A stretch of 64,000 bases of DNA from Antedon mediterranea. Its lineage: Eukaryota; Animalia; Echinodermata. Location: assembly GCF_964355755.1 (NCBI RefSeq), contig NC_092677.1:25035175-25099174 (forward strand), read 5' to 3'. Shown here one piece after another: positions 25,400 through 37,771 of this stretch (the first letter of the stretch is position 1; every line of letters starts with the position of its first letter). A program made the translations under genes and the position numbers. The notes under the pieces were generated by a model. It did no database searches, was not told the origin of the DNA, and worked only from the letters and a program-made list of their open reading frames with translations.

Positions 25400-28300
25400 A
25401 TGCCGAACCGTAAGCGAAAAACCAGAGGCTCTGGTGGTGGCCGTAAGTATGCATACATTCTGTACGCATAAGACTGACGTTTTTTTGTATTTTAAATTCA
25501 AATTGTGTCACCGAAAACAATGGTCGCATGATTTTAGATTTTAAAATATTACTGAATTGTATTGGAATTTGGTCCTGCCAAAAAGAAATTTGTCCTCTCC
25601 ACTAACTTTACTAAAGAGCTATTATCATTTGTTAATTGTTTACCTCTTTATATAGAACATAGTATGTGAGCGTGCACTGTGATCAATCACAATTACTTCT
25701 TACAAATAACTGGTGGTATAATGTATAATATAAATATTTTATGAATATGTTGTGATAATCGTACAGGGGTTGTTTATGTCTTCATTTTTATCATATTATT
25801 TTAGGAGGAAGAAAAAAACCGAAGGTTTTGAATGTAGGTATATTGGTTGATGTAATACTTTGCTTCCACTAGACGCAACGAAAGGACGTAACTTAGCGAT
25901 TTGACCAACCACAAACGATGAATTATTCAAACTGTGGCTTGTCATTGGTTAACTCCTTTGCGTTGCGTCTACGTCATTGCATTGCGTTTATGGGAACTAA
26001 GTTTAAACTAGGGCCTATTACTTTTCCAATCCTACATGCACATTTGTGTCTTTTTGTGTTACGAAGTTTGTGAAGGTAACGTTGTTGGAAGACGGACACA
26101 AAAGTTATGTAATCGACTCAAACTGCATCGATCACAAACCTTATACTAGTACAAAACATATGCCTATAGTAAGACCAAGAACCCCCAATAGTTACACACA
26201 ATTGTGACGTCCCGTCTAAATAGGCCTATAATCTAAAAACTATCAACAATACTTACGAATAGCCTGTGTATCAGCCGGAATTTTTCACCAAAACCTCTCT
26301 ACATGTGCTCAGCAAATATAAGTTACCGTAATTGATAATTTGTACCGTACTGTATTAAAACACAGTCTTGTATATGCAGACTAGGCATTTTACCAAGAAA
26401 TTAAATTTGAAAGCTGTTACCAACTAAGCTTTTTTTCCTGTAAAGTGAAATTGTCCAGCAGTTGCTGTTATTTCTTTCAGAAAATATTCAATGATCCTAT
26501 TCATGGAACTATTGAGCTACATCCACTGTGTGTTAAAATCATTGACACTGTGCAGTTCCAGCGCCTACGCAACATCAAACAGCTGGGTGGTTGTTATTTC
26601 GTCTTTCCCGGAGCTTCTCACAACCGATTTGAACATTCTATTGGGTATGGGTTGAGTCGTTGAAGAATTAGATTGTAATTTCAAGATTAAATTTGAAATT
26701 ACAGAAATAACATAAATCATTATGGTTTTTAATAAAATGATATTCAAGTTAGGTTGTTGAGCTTCCTCTATATTTATTATTGCTTACAATAACACAATGA
26801 AGGTTTTCTTAGGCATATATCAATAAAAAAATACAACAAAAGACAAAAAAAAAGAAAAAAAAAAAGAACAGAACTGATTTAAATGTTTTCAAAGAGTGAA
26901 TGATTTTAATTTGAAATTAAAAAAAAAAAAAAAACGTTTATTTTTGTTTTCATTTATTTGTAAAAAAACAGGATAACAATTAAAGTGGGGAAATGTACGA
27001 TAGATAGGATACTTATTTGATATGTCAATTCTACCAGTTTTGGTTGTGCGTGATTTGCCATTTTAAATACATAGAAACTAAAATGGCTTTAGCTTAATAA
27101 CGTTACCCATTAAAACCTTTCTTCTACAACATATCAATTTAAGCACTCAATTTCCTCATTTGAACCATCTGCCGACGAGTACACTTTTTCTGCAATACAG
27201 TATACACTAAGTAATTTAAGTTTCTCTTGATTCAGAGTATCGCATTTAGCTGGAAATCTGGTAAGATCTTTAAATGAAAAACAACCAGATCTGGGTATTA
27301 CAAAGAAAGACATTTTATGTGTAGAGATCGCCGGACTTTGTCATGATTTAGGTATGTATTCCTAACACATGGCTTTACAAGGAATATTATTGTTTATATG
27401 TGTTAATTATAATAGAATAACTTACTTTTATTTTGTTTATTTATAGGCCATGGTCCATTTTCACACCTGTTTGATAGAAAGTTCATACCTGCTATAGAAG
27501 GACAGAAAGTGTGGGAAGTATGAGAAATTGAAAATATTTAATTATCATATTCATAATTATAAAAAATCATACTGTATTTAATAATATGTTCATTATTATA
27601 AAACACATAGATAGTGCATTATTATTAAAGTATTATTTCAAAGATAAATTTCAATCAATTTCTTGTTTCTGTTTTAAATCTATACTAATATTATTACTTT
27701 GTAACTTTGTAGCATGAAGATGCGTCTTTGCAGATGTTTGATCACCTCATTAAACAGAACCCTGAAGTAGAAAATGAATTTAAGAGGCATTTGAATGATC
27801 AAGACAAAACTTTCATTAAAGAGTTGTTTTATGGCAAACTGAAAGTGAGTACTGTCTGAATTCTTAATCATTTTTTAATTGCTAATTGTCTATGGAAATA
27901 AAAGTAGTACAATTAAAATAACAAAAATCAAACTAAATAGGCCTACATTTGGTCATTATGCTATTATTTTATTATTTAAGAAATTCAAATTGGAAGAGAA
28001 GGAAATTCGAAAATATATTCTTGACCCATTGAAGAAAGTGAGTAAATTTATTAGTCACACAATTGTTATTATTCTTATACAGTGGACACCCGGGTCCCGA
28101 AAATAGAAACTTAGACACTGTCAGAAAAGCTTGGTTTCCAATAGAATAATTCTGCCGCAACAACGTTAGGAAATACTCTTCTATCAATGTAGCACAAGTT
28201 TAATAATCACGTTTGCGTCGTTTGCAAAGTAGAAAACGGTGACACTAAATTCGTTATGTTCTCACAGCACTTAGCGTCGATACGTCGCGTCTGCGTTCTT

Positions 28301-31300
28301 GCGTCGCATTCTAGTATAAACCAAGCTCAATTAGTTGTCCAGAAGTACCCCTTATGAAAATATTATGATGCACTGATTTAAACAGGAATAAAACAAACTG
28401 GTTTTTACGAGAGATGTCCGTTGAACTGTTTTGTTTACTTTTCCTCTAATGTTTAAATATGTATGTAATTATGTACTTTTAGTATTGTAGTTGAATTTCA
28501 TATTTGTTGTATTTTTTTATGATCATTCGTTTAAAATTCAAACAAACAAACAAGTGGTGTTACTACAAAAAGAGAAATAAGTTTGATCACATTTTATATT
28601 TTCTAATTGTTAAGAAATACGACTTGGGGGTGAATTCTGACACACTAATGAAAGTAAGTAATGTCAAACTGTAAAATTAAATAATATAATAAAATACATT
28701 TGTTTTTAATATTTTATGGTTATTATATCTAATATTTACAATTGATTGAATTGATACTACATATCAAAATATTGGGCTATATTAAAAATGTCTTTTAGTT
28801 GCAAAAAATAAAACTATATTATAATTATCTTTTTTAAGAATGTGAGAGAGGAAACAAATAAAGTGGTAAGTATTGACCCACTAAAGTGAGTACTGTAAAA
28901 TCTTGTGAAATTAGATACGGTAGAATTTACTGGTTAGGCTAAGTAGTATATTGATACTGTCAATTAATTACATCTTGAATATATTTGAATGTGTATTGTG
29001 GTACTGATAGCAATAAATCATATAAGTTGTTTAAAACAGGTTCAGTATTGTAAATTTTATTCTATTATTCAATTTTTAAAGAAATATGAAATGGAAGAGA
29101 GGTACATTATAAATGTGATTCTTGACGAAATGAAAGTGAGTACTGTTAAATTAAATAATGCATAGGCTTATAAATTAATTTGTAAATTATTGATTTGAAT
29201 ATTTTAATGTCTATTGTGGTGGATAGCACTAAATATCGAATAACATTTATATAATCATGGTGCTTTACATAAATTATAACATTGCTTGAAATTAAGTGTC
29301 TTCACTTGTTAATGTTATAGGCAGATTATTCCATATTTTGAGTCCGTTTTAAGATTACTTTTAAAATTTATAATTCACGTGGTTTGTTGCTATTTCAAAT
29401 TGTTGATATTCTTTTAAAGAAATCTGAATTGAAAATAACACCGGAGAAAATTAAGGAATTGATTATTGAGCCACTGAAGGAAGTGAGTACAGTAACGTGT
29501 GTTATTGTTTTTTTTATATAATGAATGTAATACTGTATTACACAAATAACCAAACTAAACCATTCCTAAACTACCGGTACATGTTTTCTTTACAGTACAG
29601 TAGGCCTACAGTTTTATAAAATTAACTATTATTGTTAGTGACACTAAAATAAATAATTATGAATTAAAAGACGTTTGTTATATAATTTCAATACAAAATC
29701 AACGACGTTGACGTAGAAAACAAATTATTAGGCTAATTAAATAATTATCCCAGGATTAGACCCGGACAACAATAACGTTTTTTACCCTTTCACACCCTCT
29801 ACCACCAAATCATGTATCCAACTAGTTCTACGTCGTCTTTCTAAATTGTACATCTTACCAATCAGGTGTATTTTGGATATAATATTTTTAAAATGATTAA
29901 TTTAAAAAAAAATCAATCAAAATATTATCAGTATCTTGATTCAGTGGATATTATTTTTCAGAAATTTCCATACACATATAAAGGCAGAAGTAAAGAGAAA
30001 CACTTTCTGTACGAGATTGTTGCAAATAAACGCAACGGAATTGATGTTGATAAATGGGACTACTTTGCACGAGATGGTCATATGCTTGGATTCTCAAACT
30101 GTTTTGATCACAAGCGCTTAATGAAACTTGCAAGCGTTTTGACAGTGAAAGACGGTGAAAGTAAGCAGATATGCTTCCGAGACAAGGTAAAGTATATAAA
30201 GAATGGAGTGGATGTAAGTGATGAATGTTGAAATTAGTGTAAGGATATCTTGAGTAAGGGAATATGGATTTGTATGAAGAATTTCAGCTACGGTACATCG
30301 AGGAAATTAGGGGTTATATGCATGGTGATTTGTAAGTAAGAATACCCTTTTTGGGTTATGCGATGTACTATTTCCTTTTAATTGTTTTGTTTATTCAGTC
30401 TAAAATCAGTAGTAGAAATCTTTAAAAAAAAAAGTAAAATTCTCATTTTTAGGAAGTGGGAAATTTATATGATATGTTTTACACGCGACATCTTCTTCAT
30501 AGAAGAGCCTGTCAGCACAAAGTAAACTTGGTCATTGAAAGAATGTAAGTTTGGTATAGGCTAAATAGTCTATTCCTTATACTCTAAATAATTATACTCA
30601 TCATCAACTGACAACTGATCAAACAATTACTATATGGTAATTTTTTTAATCTCAAACATAGAAAAATAAGAAATTAACCTGTGAAATTTTAACTTTAAAG
30701 TATATGAACAAAAAACATGAAAGTGTTCCAAACTAAAACAAAACAAGAGTGTAAAACTGGAAAATGAGAAAATCATTTAAATGAGAATCCTCCCATTTTT
30801 ATTGAGTGGAAAAAAAAAATAATAATCCTTTACTTCACTGCAATCTCAGTAATCTTAGTGAGTGGACATATTTTACTATTGAGAGTGGTTTAAGCCTGTT
30901 TTTCACTAGGCAAATGTATCCCTCAATATTTACTATCTCACCCAGTTTCAGAACACATTTTAATAGTTTTATGTTATATTTAGGATTGTTGAAGCATTAG
31001 TTCTAGCCAATGAACATCTAAAATTGGAATATAAAGATGGGTAAGTAAAGCCAGTTTCTACTATGCAAATATATTTTCATGTTGAAAATGAAACAAAAGA
31101 TGGAAATATAAATTTACATGTGCAAAAATCAACGATCAATTTTGAGTGATTAGAATTGCCTGAATAAAAGCAAAACAGGCCTAAAGTGCCGGTCATAGGA
31201 ATATTGTTGTGAGAAGGTATTACATTTAGTATAGATTTTAATACTAAATCATTATTAGGAAAAACATTATACACTCTAATAATTTCAGAGAGACAACAGT

Positions 31301-34026
31301 AAAAAAGAAAATGTCGGAAGCTATTGATGACATGAAAGCTTATGAGCAGTTAACAGACAATGTACTGTATGATATATTGAAATCATTAGATACAAACATG
31401 GAAGAGGCTCGCGATATGGTAAAAAAGGTGTTTGAGCGGAAGCTGTATAAATGTATTGGAACTTATGCTGTTCCAAAAAGCAATGAAGAAGTAGTAAAGG
31501 TAAAATCTACATATTATATGCAAACTAGGCCATGTTTTACAAATTACTGTAGACTCTTGTTCTGCTTCATAATAATATGTATATGTAACCAGGGAGATGT
31601 AAAATATTATTTTACATCTCCCTAATGTAACTCTCCATACTCGCTAAACGATTATGAGTTGACACGATCTTCACTGGTATCTACCATGGATTGTTTGTAA
31701 ATATTTTGTTAGTAGGCCTACATGAATGTGTGTTTAGTAGTATGAGTAACCTATAGGCTATGTAAGGTGATTGTGTTTTGTTTTTTAATTATCTTGACAC
31801 ATTTCTCAAATGTTGTTTCTCTACCTTGAGAAAAGTCTTCAATCCTTGTTTGCTAATTCCTTTAAAAGTCTAGCTAGAGTTCAATTTCGTTTGTGCTTTC
31901 AGTCATGGTGGTCTATTTAATGATAGAGAAAATACACAATTTAAATGGTCACGTAATTATAAATTGTTACACAAAAAACAAATTGCTGTACAGCAACAAC
32001 AAATTAAAGCAAGTTGAAAATGAAATAAAGATCTTTACATTAAAATGCTTGTAATAAAAAAACATTGTTATGGCATTTTTTTTTCTTTTCTCAAATATAA
32101 TAAGATAGAATTGACTGATAAACATTATTTAAAAAAAAATCCTTTAGTTTTTTTTTATCTACAGTACGATTGATCAATAATAATTCAAAAATGTATTTTT
32201 GTTTCTGTAAAGAAATCTGATGACGAGATTAAGGAAGAGATCGTTGCACGTGCACAGCCCGGCGGCCAACTCGAGAAATTGAATTTAATTGTTGAAGTAA
32301 GTATAGTACAGTGTGGTGGTCCTATTACCGGTGGTGGTGGTGGTGAAATAAACAATTATGAAACACAAAACCATTACTGACTGATCTGAAAACAATAGCT
32401 TTAGAGATACACAATTGTTTTATGCAACTTTGTATTTTATACAATATCATCTATAAAATATGTAGTTAAATGTTTTAGATGTACTTCTAATTTTCCTAAT
32501 AGTACAGGAAAAAGGGTATTACTAAAAGTAATGATTGAAACCACCATCTCAACAGCCAACATCGTCGTTTAAGCAAAATAATACAATCCATTTACACCCA
32601 CATGCATTTAACCTTTATAGGCTTAAGGCAGGCATACACAGTCATACATTTGTCTGTCATACACATCAAACAATGTATGATCAGACAAAGTCTGATCATG
32701 TATGCCTAAACCAGACTTAGTCTGATTGCCATTTTATGTGTCTGTCAGTGTCTGATGAGAGTAGAATAAAGACAGATATATAATTACAATAATTAATTAT
32801 TGGATTGTATTCACTAACAAATCAAAATCGAATTAATGTAGGACTGAAGACTAATATTTATGCATAGGCCTATATAATAATAAATGATCTACGGTAGTAC
32901 ATTATATTAGTTTTTTGTTTCTGTTGCACCTACAGTTTTTATTTTTAGATTTATGTAGGCGACATGGTGCTCAAGTTTATTGTGTCTTGCCACAACTTGA
33001 AGTTGTAATGTTTATAAATTAGGCCTATCTAGTCGGTTCTTTTATTTTTAAGATTTTAAACACTGGTTTTATAGTGTAAAGTCTACTGATGTCAGTGATG
33101 GTGTTGAATATTCTGTCGGAGCTCTAATTCATAAACTCAGAGATAATACATTTACATTTAAAAAAAAAAATGTTATTTTTTAGCGTGTTAAATATGATTA
33201 TGGGCAGAAAAGAGAAAATCCTATTGAATCTGTTTACTTTTACTCAAAAGAAGACAATACAAAAGCATTTACAATCCCTAAACATAAGGTACTGTACTGT
33301 AAAATTATTTTGTTAAATAATACCGTAATCTTTGAAGATTAGCATTTTCTAATCAGTACATTACATTTTAATTAAATGTAACATTTCTATGTCGCCTAAC
33401 AGTAGTTCATTCCTATCATGTCTAGGATTTTAACAAGAAATTAGATTTGTTCAGAACACAAAATTGGGTTATTTGATTTTTTAACAGGTGTCCAGCATGC
33501 TACTGGATCACTTTCATGAAATGGAAATACGTGTTTACTGCAAAGACGAAAAGAAAAAAGACATTGCAAAGAAAGGTTTTGAAAAATGCCTTAAAAAATG
33601 GGTCAGTATGTGTTTTTTAACTGTTTTTTTCTCCTCACTTTTACTACTTTGGTTATCAGATAAAAAATTACCAAAAGTATGTATTTAGTTGACTTAATCA
33701 TGAGTGAACAGGATAAAAATACAAGGAGATCATAACAATATATATTTTAATATTCCCAATTATGAATTTATATAATGATAATTATTTCTTTCCGTACAAT
33801 TTAAAAACAAAAACAGTATAATGAGAATTTAAATATACCCACCTTTAGAATTATATTAGTAATTCTGCTTGACCACATTATCAGCTACCTTATTTTTTTT
33901 ATATGCTTAACTTACAGTAAGCTTGTTAAACTATTGACTTAAATATCATCATGTTTCTGAGTAAATAAATTGTGGTTTTTTTTCTAGCCTCCACATAAGC
34001 CATGTCAAACGTGCAAATCTACTTAG
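25400..34026 (+). CDS. SAMHD1: SAMHD1-like HD-domain triphosphohydrolase, copy B (SAM-less); about 493 aa core, up to about 573 aa with micro-exons
   Basis: Core exons: 25400-25442, 25805-25833, 26481-26644, 27236-27351, 27447-27517, 27713-27844, 29962-30186, 30453-30544, 30984-31040, 31289-31499, 32213-32296, 33184-33288, 33488-33601, 33988-34026 (1482 nt, open). Intact HNRFEHS, CHDLGHGPFSH, HE, DVDKWDY and RKLYK motifs. The first two exons and the last exon are less certain. Confidence 0.92.
25858..26003. mobile_element. MITE family B copy (diverged)
   Basis: TTCCACTAGACGCAACGAAAGGACGTAAC...TTGCGTTGCGTCTACGTC...TGGGAACTAAG. Confidence 0.65.
27981..28037 (+). CDS. SAMHD1-B micro-exon a (57 nt, [19 protein letters not shown])
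   Basis: T-rich tract plus AAG acceptor, GTGAGT donor, phase 0-0, open frame. Confidence 0.75.
28128..28326. mobile_element. MITE family B-related copy between micro-exons a and b
   Basis: AGCTTGGTTTCCAATAGAA...TTGCGTCGCATTCTAGTATAAACCAAGCT. Confidence 0.6.
28615..28653 (+). CDS. SAMHD1-B micro-exon b (39 nt, [13 protein letters not shown])
   Basis: TTAAG acceptor, GTAAGT donor, phase 0-0. Confidence 0.65.
28839..28865 (+). CDS. SAMHD1-B micro-exon c (27 nt, NVREETNKV, using the proximal donor; the distal donor at 28886 would shift frame)
   Basis: TTTTTAAG acceptor. GTAAGT at 28866 preserves frame. The homologous ATTGACCCACTAAA|GTGAGTACTG end gives 47 nt. Confidence 0.45.
29082..29135 (+). 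CDS. SAMHD1-B micro-exon d (54 nt, [18 protein letters not shown])
   Basis: TTTTTAAAG acceptor, GTGAGTACTG donor, phase 0-0. Confidence 0.75.
29420..29482 (+). CDS. SAMHD1-B micro-exon e (63 nt, [21 protein letters not shown])
   Basis: CTTTTAAAG acceptor, GTGAGTAC donor, phase 0-0. Resembles the human SAMHD1 helix FIKEQIVGPLE. Confidence 0.8.
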
Positions 34027-35243
34027 TAGCAAAGCAAGTAAAGTCAAGAACAGCCAACATTTTACATATACAGTTACTGTACAAAGCAGACTTTATTGAG
34101 AGAATATTATCCACTAATAACTTTTATATGTTATAACATAAAACAAATTCCGTTAAAAGTTAAGTAATTAAGCCATTATGATTCAATATTACAAACTGTA
34201 TTTGTTCATCTTAGTTGGTACGGTATTGTAATGGATATTATTACATAAAATGGTGTGTTGATGGTTGTTGTTTAAATTAATCATTGTGTAATAATAATGT
34301 AATTGCAATCAGTAATTTTTAAAAATATATATACTTAGGCCTATATTCTAAAATTCATAGTATTCTGATTATAAGATTTTAATATAGTATGTTGATGTTT
34401 ATGGTAATTAGTGCAATGTACATAACACGTTGCAATACTTCTTAAAATGTTTTTGTGCAAATGGTATTAGAAGGTATATTGATAGTTATTATTTAAGTTG
34501 CAATAGTTTTTACAAATATATGAAACAATTTATTTTAATGAATTGCATAAATTCTGAATATAGAATAATATTTTGGTGTATTACAGGCATTAGGTATTTA
34601 ATAGTAATTTGTAATAGCGCAATTGTACTCAGCTTCAACAAAGTTAAAAATATATTATAATTCTGAATATTAGATTAATACTAATTTATATAATTATGTA
34701 TAATTATAATCACAAAAAAATAGTTTTGATCCATGAAGGAAGTTAACGCAAGTAATTTGACTAAACAGTAATTTTGATTATAATTTTAAACTTAAATGGT
34801 AAAGGGTTTTTTTTATTCATTAATTGGACTGTAGGACTGTAGGCCTGCATATTTATATGTTTAAATTTCTCGCCAAATCCTAGACAATTCCTATTAATAT
34901 AATAGACCCCACTTTTTTTAATCACCCCTTTTTTAACTCTCCTCCGGCATAAACTGTTTTCGCTCTAATATAAGCTCTAACTTCTTCATTACATAAAATT
35001 AACTGTTAAAGTGAGTCTTTTCTTAATTTCTCATTTTTATCATCATCGACACTTTTACGTTTTGGTAATACATTATGCATGTTGGTAAAAAATAAATGAA
35101 ATCAGATGTGTTTTAGCAATCAAGACCTTATACTAATATAGCCTTAAATGGACCTGACAAAAATTAATCTGTATTAAATGTCTGTAGGGTTGCGCCACAT
35201 AATCAAAACTTCGTTTAAATTTAAGTGAATTTCTGTTATATAG

Positions 35244-35546
35244 TATACAAATAATGAATGTTTATGAGTGCAATGGTACAAATAATGGCACGAGGTGAAT
35301 GATGAAAGGTTATATCAACGAGGCAAAGCCGAGTTGATATAACCTTTCATCATTCACCAAGTGCCATTATTTGTACCATTACACGAATACAAAACATTCA
35401 TTATTTGTTTTATATAACATCTAATAACAAACAAAAATGTTTCAAAAAGTACTATTTAACGATCGTTGAATAGTGCGTACTATTGCACGCCATGTGACCC
35501 ACATTCGTCCAATCAAATGACAGGAATTTATATAGGTGTTATATAA
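35244..35546 (+). mobile_element. Non-autonomous element of about 300 bp with long internal palindrome (Crypton-like)
   Basis: Inverted arms of about 80 bp centred on CGAGGCAAAGCCGAG, then a tail ending GTGTTATATAA. A near-identical inverted copy lies at 53893-54198. Confidence 0.7.
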
Positions 35547-35711
35547 TATAGTATATAGTATATAGTATAGTATTATTTCTTGTTTTGTTAGGCCTACTCA
35601 ACTAGTGTAGGATTTAGCCTAAATTCGAAATAAATGAAATAAAAATGGGCCTTGTAGTAAATCACGTCTCAGTGTTTTTTGCCGTTTTCACCCCGTTTTA
35701 GTTCTTGATGA

Positions 35712-35833
35712 AGCGTGTTTCCCACTAGGGCGTAAACGCAACGCAAGCGAGTTGACCAATGACAAGCGACAGTTCGAATAATCCATCGCGTGTCAACTCA
35801 CTTACGTTGCGTTCCGTCCTTGTGTTGCGTCTC
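35712..35833. mobile_element. MITE family B copy (partial)
   Basis: AGCGTGTTTCCCACTAGGGCGTAAACGCAACGCAAGCG...CGTTGCGTTCCGTCCTTGTGTTGCGTC. Confidence 0.7.
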
Positions 35834-36764
35834 TATAACCGAGAGTACAGCTGTTTTCAGTAGTAAAGACGTAATAGCGAGAAAAAAAAAATATGGAGCC
35901 CCCTCAACGGTGAAACTTGATTCGTAGTCTGTTTCGTTTTAAGTGTTCGCTTTTGTGGGAAAAAGATTTTAGAAATTTTAGATTTTGCGTAGTTCTGTAG
36001 TTTTCTTTTATTTTTCTATTCATAAACACTAATAAGGTAAGATTCTAAGATCCTAATATACTCTTTGCGGTAATAAGGGAAGTACCTGACCTTATTCATT
36101 TTATGTTTTATTACTGTATAAATAAGGAGGTGGTTTGATTTGAATGCAACATGGCGTCGTTTTCAGCGACTTCCCAGAGTCTGGTACGCGATACTGTATT
36201 GTAGTCTCGATGTACAGGCGGTAGCTTTCGGGTAGAACATCCACCCTTCAAATTTGTGAAACGGCTTAGCCAACTAGGCTAGGCTAATTTTTTTTGGCGA
36301 GACCCAGACTGTAATCGAATTATGCATGCAATGTGTTTTAGGCTATGATAGTAGCTGTATTATATTATTTTTAAGAATAATGTTACGGGACGGGCGTGAT
36401 AAGAAGCTAGGCCTAATAGCCAAGCAAGGCTAGCTAGGCCTACTAGGCCTAGGCCTAGTTAGTAGGGTCCGTTATTAGTAGTACTGCTATTTAGTACTAG
36501 GTAGTAGGTAGGCCTGTCTGTGTGTGTATAAACGTATAATGGACAATATGGACGGTTCCATATTTAAATGGAAAATGAAAAGGGCTTGTTGGTTGGTTCA
36601 GACTTTCCTGTTTTGTTTTAATGCCTCCTGAGTGGGCCCCATCCATGCCCTGATGAATATATGTACGTACGGTATACTATATATGCCTTCTTTATAGCCA
36701 GCCTAGGCAATTAAATACCATAATGAAGGTAAGAAAACGTATACTGTCCTACTGTACGGGAATC

Positions 36765-37676
36765 GGCGCTAGTTCCGTTTCGCACCTGTTTTTATTTCGA
36801 CTTCCTTTTGACTCCAAATTGTTAAGCAACTTATTGTGAATACCACACCTTAAAATTGGGCCTCATAAGTACTTTTATGAAGAAGAATCACATAAAAAGT
36901 AACTAATAAATCCTTAAATTGATGATTTTACAGACATGTTTCTCGCATACCGTTCGCGAATTTAGCGTACTCGAAGTTCAATATTTTCGTTTCTATGGAG
37001 CGCCAAAAGAGCAACAACAATATAGATGGTTAAAAACTCTTCTTTTAATGCATTTATTATTGAAATACACGTTTAATTTTAATATATTTTGTCAATAAAA
37101 ATGCTGTAACATTTTACTGCTAATAATTTGCTGTTTTCAAATAGCAACCAACCCTAGACCTAACTAAGAGTAAGTAACCTCTTAGTCTTACTAAGACTAA
37201 GAAGAATATTATTTAGATCAGGTAATAGGTATACCCCTACACAGTACATGTAATAAGATGATGAATTTGTCGATTTTCATTCTTAAAAGTTCCTGCAAAA
37301 ACCATGTACAGTATCAACAGTAATATTTTTGTTGCATTGACATTGACAAAATATGATAAAATTGAACGTAATTTTCACCAATAAATGCATTTAAATATAC
37401 GCAATTTATTGAATTTTTAGCCCTCTATTATGATTGCTCTTTTGGCGCTCCATAGAAACAACAACATTGAACATGGAGTATGCGAAATTCACGAACCGAT
37501 GTGCGAGAAACACGTCTGTAAATTCATCAATTTAAAGGATTTATTTTTTACTTTTTGTGTGATCTCCTTCGTAAAAATATTTTTGAGGCCTAATTCTAAG
37601 GTGTGGTATTCACGATAAAGTTACTTAACCAATTTTGAGTCGAAATAAACGACAGGTGCGAAACGGAACTAGCGCC
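36765..37676. mobile_element. 912-bp MITE with long TIRs and 8-bp TSD (Merlin-like), just upstream of the zinc-finger gene 1 start codon
   Basis: GGCGCTAGTTCCGTTTCGCACCTGT...ACAGGTGCGAAACGGAACTAGCGCC, with imperfect inverted homology extending about 300 bp. TSD CGGGAATC at 36757-36764 and 37677-37684. Confidence 0.85.
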
Positions 37677-37771
37677 CGGGAATCCTACTGTACATACAAC
37701 CTTTTTTTGATGCCTCAAATTTTATTTTTATACCCAGCCTGCTTAAATAAAATGTGATTTTTTAATAGAGA

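Noticed and set aside
25400-34026. Idea that SAMHD1-B is a pseudogene or an assembly haplotype duplicate of copy A
   Set aside because: The spliced frame is open with catalytic residues intact. The two copies are highly diverged in exons and unalignable in introns.
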